NCBI GenBank assembly: GCA_964578845.1
Contig: CAZOEF010000001.1
Coordinates: 104,591-168,590 of the forward strand
Direction: 5' to 3'
Length of the DNA: 64,000 nucleotides
From: Candidatus Woesearchaeota archaeon
GTDB taxonomy: Archaea; Nanobdellota; Nanobdellia; Pacearchaeales; GW2011-AR1
The notes beneath the pieces were generated by a model. The model was given only the letters and a program-made list of their open reading frames with translations, ran no database searches and had not been told where the DNA came from. Position numbers and translations under genes: made by a program. Positions 59,101 through 64,000 of the stretch are shown here, piece after piece. Numbering within the stretch: position 1 is the stretch's first letter; each line of letters opens with the position of its first letter.

Positions 59101-59865
59101 CTAATCCAAACTAGCCTTCAGTGCCGCGATAAGATTATCCTCTTTCTTTGGTTTCTTTCCTGCTTTAGGCGCTTTAATGATTTCGCCTTTAGAGGCTTTC
59201 TCTAGCATCTTCTGCATTTCTTCCGCGAAATTGTCCTTGAACTGGTCTATTGAGAATTCGTCCTTGTATAATTTATTTATCAGTTCTTCTGCTAATTTTA
59301 ATTCTGCATTTTGGAGCTTTGGAGCGGAGGCAATATTATCCACTTTTTTAATATCCCGAATTTCATAAGGATAATTCAGAGTAGTTAGCAAAAGCCCTCC
59401 TTTATACGCACGGATGGCGCAGAGGTATTCTTTCTCCCTCATCACAAACCTGCCTAAAGCAGTCCTTGCAGTCATATTTAATATCTCCTTGAATAGGAAA
59501 TATGTCTTTTCCTTTTCTTTTGCAGGGCCTATGAAATAATGTGAATTAAGATAAATAGGATCTATCTGGCTCTGGTCAACGAATTCTATTATGTCGATAG
59601 TATCTGACTTCTCGGGCTTTATTGCCGCCAGCTGCTCTTTAGTTGGGACAAAATAATTCCCCTTTGAGATCTCAACGCCCTTGACTATCTCTTTCCAGGG
59701 GACTTCCTTGCCTGTTTTTTCAGAAACCCTTTTGTATTTTATTGGAGCGTGGTGCTTACTGTCTAACATCTTAAAACTAAATGCCTTGCTCTCGATAGCA
59801 GAATACAGCTTAACAGGGATATTCACTAATCCAAATGATATTGATCCGTTCCAAATTGATTTCAT
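59101..59865 (-). CDS. ku: Ku protein (NHEJ DNA-end-binding protein)
   Basis: MKSIWNGSISFGLVNIPVKLYSA... and the Ku core beta-barrel pattern, with a basic C-terminal tail (KKPKKEDN). Confidence 0.85.
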   Translation of the reverse strand: MKSIWNGSISFGLVNIPVKLYSAIESKAFSFKMLDSKHHAPIKYKRVSEKTGKEVPWKEIVKGVEISKGNYFVPTKEQLAAIKPEKSDTIDIIEFVDQSQIDPIYLNSHYFIGPAKEKEKTYFLFKEILNMTARTALGRFVMREKEYLCAIRAYKGGLLLTTLNYPYEIRDIKKVDNIASAPKLQNAELKLAEELINKLYKDEFSIDQFKDNFAEEMQKMLEKASKGEIIKAPKAGKKPKKEDNLIAALKASLD

Positions 59866-60623
59866 TTTTTACTCCTCAAAAACACCAACTCTGTGGGAGT
59901 TGATGACTTTTCATCAAACTTATATCCATCGCGATTGAATTTCTTAAAGTCTTCTATTTTTGTAAGGTTGTTCCTCACTAAGTAATCAGCAAACATCCCT
60001 CTTGCTTTTTTAGCTACTAATCCTATAACCTGGTATTTGCCATTTTTCATGTTCTTAAAATGTGGAGTTATTATCTTACATTTTAGCTGTGAGAAATCAA
60101 CTGCTTCAAAGTATTCTTTTGAGGCGCAGTTAACTAACAAGTCTTTACATTCTTTCTTCAATACATCTGTTACTTTCTGTCTCCAGAATGCATAAAGGTC
60201 TTTTCCTGAAGGATTCTTTAATGGTGTATGCATGTCTAATCTGTATGCCTGAATAAGATCAAAAGGCCTTAGTAACCCGTGAAGGCCGCTTATTATTCTT
60301 ACAGTGTCCTGCAACCTTTTGTAATCCTGATTCTTGTAAGCGATGAAATCGAAACCTTGGTATACTGGACCTGCGAAAGTGAAAACGCACTGCCTGGAAT
60401 TCTTTATTGTGAAAGGAGTCTTCCATTCCTGATACCTTGAGTGATTTAACTTAGCTAAATCGTTGCTTATTTCCATAAGTTCAGCTAATTCTTTAAAAGA
60501 TTTTTTCTTTAAAATATCAACAAGTTTTTTTGATTCTGGAAGAAACTGGGGAATAGTATAATCATCAACAGGAACAGTCTTATCAAAATCCAGAGTCTTG
60601 GCAGGAGATAATAATATTTTCAT
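59862..60623 (-). CDS. yaaA: YaaA-family (UPF0246 / DUF328) peroxide-stress protein
   Basis: MKILLSPAKTLDFD... is the YaaA N-terminal signature. The 4-nt overlap (ATGA) with the ku start suggests translational coupling. Confidence 0.8.
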   Translation of the reverse strand: MKILLSPAKTLDFDKTVPVDDYTIPQFLPESKKLVDILKKKSFKELAELMEISNDLAKLNHSRYQEWKTPFTIKNSRQCVFTFAGPVYQGFDFIAYKNQDYKRLQDTVRIISGLHGLLRPFDLIQAYRLDMHTPLKNPSGKDLYAFWRQKVTDVLKKECKDLLVNCASKEYFEAVDFSQLKCKIITPHFKNMKNGKYQVIGLVAKKARGMFADYLVRNNLTKIEDFKKFNRDGYKFDEKSSTPTELVFLRSKK

Positions 60624-60738
60624 AATAAGAAAAGGCTTTTTTAGATATAAATAAATTGTGTAGTATTTTAGACTAAACCACGGTCCTGTTTCTGGGACAA
60701 AGATTTAAATATTTCAGAATGCTTTGTATAAGATTAGA

Positions 60739-60865
60739 TGGACCGGCCGGTCCTAAAAAATTCTAATGAATTTTTGGGAACTTCAAAACAAGTATATTTT
60801 GAAGTGAATTGAACCCGGATTTTGTCCTTAGGAGGGAAACGTATTAACCGTTATACGACCGGCCC
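60739..60865 (-). tRNA. tRNA-Arg(CCT)-like gene with its 3' 13 nt displaced by a 55-nt intervening sequence (non-canonical intron, split tRNA or pseudogene)
   Basis: Minus-strand read GGGCCGG-TC-GTAT-AACGGTTA-ATAC-G-TTTCC-CTCCTAA-GGACA-AAAT-CCGGG-TTCAATT. The acceptor 5' strand, D-arm, anticodon arm and T-stem 5' strand plus T-loop all carry the conserved nucleotides (U8, A14, G18G19, U33, A37, T54T55C56). The matching T-stem 3' strand and acceptor 3' strand (ACCGG-CCGGTCC-A) are found only at 60739..60751. The intervening sequence contains a perfect 9-bp hairpin, ACTTCAAAA-N8-TTTTGAAGT. One mismatch each in the anticodon stem and T-stem. Confidence 0.4.
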
Positions 60866-60950
60866 ACCTAGATTTTCTAAGAGTTAATTAATCGGGTTAT
60901 CAAAATTGAGAGAGCCTCAACAGAAAGTTAATAATTTTGGTTAAAAAATT

Positions 60951-61361
60951 TTGATGAAAATATATAAATCAAAGCACATTTATTATAATATGACGATAGA
61001 TAAATATATTGAAACATTTCCAGATGCAGTGCAAAGCATCTTAAAAAAAATTAGAAGAACAATAAAATCAGCTGCACCTAATACTACAGAAGGAATTAGT
61101 TACAGGATACCCACATTCTACTTGAATGGAAAATATTTGGTATATTTTGCTGCTTTTAAGAATCACATAAGCATCTATCCTGCAACAACTTCTGCAGTTG
61201 ATAAATCAGGATTATCAAAATATAAGGTCTCAAAGGGTACCTTAAGATTCCCGCTTGATAAAAAGATACCTTTTGATTTAATAAAAAAATTTGTTAATTA
61301 TAGAATAAAGGAAGAAACATCTAAACAAAGATCTCCAAAGCCGAGAGGGTCACCTAAATGA
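60951..61361 (+). CDS. DUF1801-family protein (YdhG-like)
   Basis: ...TEGISYRIPTFYLNGKYLVYFAAFKNHISIYP... matches the DUF1801 core. The true start may be an internal Met. Confidence 0.5.
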   Translation: MMKIYKSKHIYYNMTIDKYIETFPDAVQSILKKIRRTIKSAAPNTTEGISYRIPTFYLNGKYLVYFAAFKNHISIYPATTSAVDKSGLSKYKVSKGTLRFPLDKKIPFDLIKKFVNYRIKEETSKQRSPKPRGSPK

Positions 61362-61822
61362 AATACGCAGCGCTACTAAGAGGAATAATGCCTTCTAATC
61401 CGAATATGAAGAATGAAAAGCTTAAAGGATTATTTGAAGAATTAGGATTTACAAATGTAAAGACAGTAATATCGAGCGGAAACGTTTTATTTGAAAGCCC
61501 TTCTAAAAATTCCAAAAAACTTGAAACTGATATAGAAAAAGCGTTGCCTGAAAAACTTGGATTCAATAGTATCACTATAATCAGGAGCAGGGAAGAATTA
61601 GAAAAACTAGTGAAAAGCAATCCATTCAAGGGCGTGAAAGAAGACAAGAATAATTATCTTATTGTGACTTTTTTTAAAGACAGACGAAAGGAGCTATGCA
61701 CAGTGATTGATATGTCGAAAGGCCGAACTCCTGATTTTATGAGAGATATTGAGAAACAATTTGGGAAAGAGATAACAACAAGAACGTGGAAGACTGTGAA
61801 CAGGATCATTGATAAATTATAA
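61358..61822 (+). CDS. DUF1697-family protein
   Basis: MKYAALLRGIMPSNPNMKNEKLKGLFEELGFTNVKTVISSGNVLFES is the DUF1697 N-terminal signature. Overlaps the previous gene by 4 nt. Confidence 0.6.
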   Translation: MKYAALLRGIMPSNPNMKNEKLKGLFEELGFTNVKTVISSGNVLFESPSKNSKKLETDIEKALPEKLGFNSITIIRSREELEKLVKSNPFKGVKEDKNNYLIVTFFKDRRKELCTVIDMSKGRTPDFMRDIEKQFGKEITTRTWKTVNRIIDKL

Positions 61823-62089
61823 ATCAAAATCTTCGATGAAATTCCTGATTATATGATATTTCTCCAAATATCTTGTCCCTTTTTCTCCAAGAGAATAGAA
61901 TTTGTTCCCTTTTTTGTCAATATCCTCTGTTATGAAACCTTTTTCCAGGAGTTCCCTAAAATATTCCATAAACCTGCTGGATGAAAGGCCTGACTTTCTC
62001 AAAAGAGGAGTTAATTTTATTGAATTCTTGTTACCTCTGATTATTTCCAATATGCTATAAATAACTTCTATCCTGCTTCTTTTTGCCAT
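61817..62089 (-). CDS. Winged-helix DNA-binding protein (small archaeal transcription regulator)
   Basis: 90 aa, with a helix-turn-helix and wing (…IKLTPLLRKSGLSSSRFMEYFRELLEKGFITED...GNKFYSLGEKG...). Confidence 0.5.
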   Translation of the reverse strand: MAKRSRIEVIYSILEIIRGNKNSIKLTPLLRKSGLSSSRFMEYFRELLEKGFITEDIDKKGNKFYSLGEKGTRYLEKYHIIRNFIEDFDL

Positions 62090-62090
62090 T

Positions 62091-62771
62091 TTATTTTGTT
62101 ATTTTAATGACTCTATAGAGAATTATGAGAAACAATATAGATGATAGAGAATACTGGATTATTCCTCCTATCAAAGAGAACCTAATTGCAAACTGCGCTG
62201 CCCATCCAGCTATCCAGGATATGAATAATAAAATGTAAATCACATGAATGCCTGCGATTCCTGTTTTTTTCTTGGATTCTTTCCTATTCTTATATGCTAA
62301 ATATATTGCAATTATGTATAATGCCAGAATCGCTATCAATGCTGCCCCATGGAAGATCAAAACAAAGATAAGTGCTATAATGCCCAGTGGAATAGGATGG
62401 GTATATTTACTGAACTTTGATTTCTCAAGCTTTTTCCACAATACTCCATACATAAGATAAAATCCTGCAATGAGTCCTGCAAAAGCAGAGAACGCTATTC
62501 CTATCCAGAACAATACAATTGAGACATCCTCAATTCCTATTATGAGAGAAGCTAATCGCAATAGTAATCTTACAAGAAAGGCTATTCCAAAAAACAGGAA
62601 AGCATTCCTAAAATATTTTATGCTTTTATAAGAAGTCAATTCATACAGCTCTTTTGTCCTGAAATAAATAATACTGCATGCTATGATGATAATCAGAGAA
62701 AAGACTAATTCAATCCAGAGGCTAGCCTGAGTAAATGATATGATCTCATTAAAAAATGGTGGCGGGGCCAT
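62091..62771 (-). CDS. Polytopic membrane protein (about 6 TM), likely co-transcribed with the winged-helix gene
   Basis: 226 aa with multiple hydrophobic helices. It is 1 nt downstream of the wHTH gene. Confidence 0.4.
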   Translation of the reverse strand: MAPPPFFNEIISFTQASLWIELVFSLIIIIACSIIYFRTKELYELTSYKSIKYFRNAFLFFGIAFLVRLLLRLASLIIGIEDVSIVLFWIGIAFSAFAGLIAGFYLMYGVLWKKLEKSKFSKYTHPIPLGIIALIFVLIFHGAALIAILALYIIAIYLAYKNRKESKKKTGIAGIHVIYILLFISWIAGWAAQFAIRFSLIGGIIQYSLSSILFLIILYRVIKITK

Positions 62772-62854
62772 GATTTATTGAATGAATAGCTCTTTTTAAA
62801 CCGAATGGACAAAAAGTCCACCTTTCTTATAAATCAAATTTGTCATTGAATAAT

Positions 62855-62971
62855 ATGAGAAAAGTAACTGTAATAATCCTGATTGCTATAATTGCAATAA
62901 TCATTGTTGCAGCTGTAGCTTTTGCCAGCGGAAGTGTGTCCATTTTAGCTGAAAGCTGCATAGGAGGATAA
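62855..62971 (+). CDS. Small hydrophobic peptide (38 aa, MRKVTVIILIAIIAIIIVAAVAFASGSVSILAESCIGG), stop/start-overlapped (TAATG) with the DoxX gene
   Basis: ORF below the track threshold, with a single TM helix. Coupling to the downstream gene is the only support. Confidence 0.3.
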   Translation: MRKVTVIILIAIIAIIIVAAVAFASGSVSILAESCIGG

Positions 62972-63372
62972 TGAAGACTGAAAAGCATTCTGCTATGATA
63001 TTGAGAATAGGAATATCTTCAGTTATACTTTGGTTTGCCCTGACATTACTGCAGAACCCTTCCCAGCTTATCCAAAGTATCCCTCTGTATACTTCTATTA
63101 TTCCTCTTCAGCCAATAATTTTGATCTATTTGTATGCATTTTTCTTGATTACTTTTTCTGTTTTTCTTATGCTTGGAATTTTTACCAGAGTTTCAGCATT
63201 GTTTTTAGGGCTGAATATGCTTCACGTCAGCTTTGTTGTCGGATACAGTGCAACAGGAATCAGGGACATAGCTATTGCGATAGCGATATTATCTGTTTTC
63301 ATTCACGGCCCTGATGAATACTGCCTTGATAAACATTTAAATGAAAGAATGATGCGCGAAACTATAAATTGA
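62971..63372 (+). CDS. DoxX-family membrane protein
   Basis: 133 aa with four TM helices in DoxX-like topology (…ILRIGISSVILWFA... and ...VSALFLGLNMLHV...). Confidence 0.5.
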   Translation: MKTEKHSAMILRIGISSVILWFALTLLQNPSQLIQSIPLYTSIIPLQPIILIYLYAFFLITFSVFLMLGIFTRVSALFLGLNMLHVSFVVGYSATGIRDIAIAIAILSVFIHGPDEYCLDKHLNERMMRETIN

Positions 63373-63488
63373 TACCTAAGCTTTCTGGCGATTTTGCGCC
63401 GTTTGAATAGAAAGAAGATACAAATTACCTTTTTATACCCTTATTTCGTCGATTATGCATGAGAATAAGGTATGATTATTCGAGCAGG

Positions 63489-64000
63489 ATGACAAGGACA
63501 ATAGATCCGCATAATAAACATAGGAGATCCTTCACTTCGCAGGCTCTGGAAGTCATCAGGATAAGTGACGTGATACTATACATATTAGATGCCAGATTTA
63601 TAGACGAGACAAGAAATAGGGAACTGGAGAAAGTGATGAATGAGAAAGATAAGATAGTAATCACTATACTCAATAAGAGTGATTTAGTAAATATCTCAAA
63701 ATTAAAAGATTCACAGGACCTGAAGAGTCTCTCACCTTATATATTCGTCTCCACAAAGACTTTGATAGGAAGGAAGAAGCTGCGCGACCAGATAAAGATA
63801 GAAGTCAAGAGGCTGAAAGCTGCCGGAAAGATATTCTCTGAGAATGAAGACGAGGAGATGAAAGAAGAAGCATTGAAGGGGCATAAAAGAGTAATAGGAA
63901 AGACGCAGTGGCTAAAGCTGACAAAGAAAGCCCATATAGGAATTATCGGCTATCCAAACACTGGAAAGAGTTCTGTTATTAATATGCTGACAGGAAGAAG
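63489..64000 (+). CDS. Circularly permuted ribosome-biogenesis GTPase (YlqF/RbgA/Nog2-like), N-terminal part; continues beyond the window
   Basis: DARxx motif (ILDARFIDETRN), then G4 NKSDL, then G1 GYPNTGKSSVIN: the permuted G4-G1 order. The ORF runs to the window end. Confidence 0.7.
   Translation, partial: MTRTIDPHNKHRRSFTSQALEVIRISDVILYILDARFIDETRNRELEKVMNEKDKIVITILNKSDLVNISKLKDSQDLKSLSPYIFVSTKTLIGRKKLRDQIKIEVKRLKAAGKIFSENEDEEMKEEALKGHKRVIGKTQWLKLTKKAHIGIIGYPNTGKSSVINMLTGR

Noticed and set aside
60740-60753. Palindrome ggaccggccggtcc, as a standalone terminator or restriction-type site
   Set aside because: It coincides with the only sequence able to supply the missing 3' acceptor/T-stem strand of the tRNA-Arg-like gene. 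It is reported under that finding instead.
63476-63673. 65-aa minus-strand ORF
   Set aside because: It is antisense to the circularly permuted GTPase gene (DAR / NKSD / GTGKS motifs on the plus strand).
1-64000. CRISPR arrays, cas operons, integrases and transposases
   Set aside because: No regularly spaced direct repeats and no recombinase or transposase-like translations were seen anywhere in the window. The only repeat found is the 41-bp tRNA-associated duplication.

Overview
This AT-rich 64-kb window looks like chromosome from a small-genome, probably DPANN-like, archaeon. That call rests on gene content, split and intron-bearing tRNAs, short intergenic regions and AT-rich TTTAAA-type promoter boxes. 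The conserved core is a canonical archaeal transcription/translation supercluster: rpoH, rpoB (fused B'+B''), rpoA (here a single fused A'+A'' ORF), L30e, nusA, S12, S7 and EF-2. This core is followed by EF-1alpha, but a four-gene insertion (unknown 315-aa protein, ribbon-helix-helix protein, unknown 114-aa protein, thioredoxin-like protein) sits between EF-2 and EF-1alpha, and no rps10 follows EF-1alpha. Upstream lie a partial cysteine desulfurase, a solo Cas4-like nuclease, an nrdR-nrdJ (class II ribonucleotide reductase) unit with NrdR-box-like palindromes, an M3 peptidase and thioredoxin. The rest of the window is unusually rich in DNA-repair functions: DnaG primase, endonuclease IV, SMC, uvrA-uvrB-uvrC, RNase HII and RNase HI flanking a standalone LigD-type polymerase domain, and a complete Ku / LigD(phosphoesterase-polymerase) / ATP-ligase NHEJ operon. 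That NHEJ operon has a vapBC-like toxin-antitoxin pair embedded in it and is translationally coupled upstream to yaaA. Four tRNA loci were found by eye. tRNA-Lys(CTT) carries an 86-nt canonical-position intron. An initiator-like tRNA-Met has an aberrant T-arm and a 41-bp direct repeat of its 3' end nearby. tRNA-Ser(GCT) is conventional. A tRNA-Arg(CCT)-like gene has its 3' 13 nt displaced 55 nt downstream, suggesting a non-canonical intron, a split tRNA or a pseudogene. There are also mazEF-like and vapBC-like pairs, two further ribbon-helix-helix genes, ABC-2 exporter genes, two M3B peptidases, an S41 peptidase and many small hypothetical or membrane proteins. No CRISPR array, integrase or transposase was seen. 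All calls come from reading the sequence and the ORF translations; no database searches were run.
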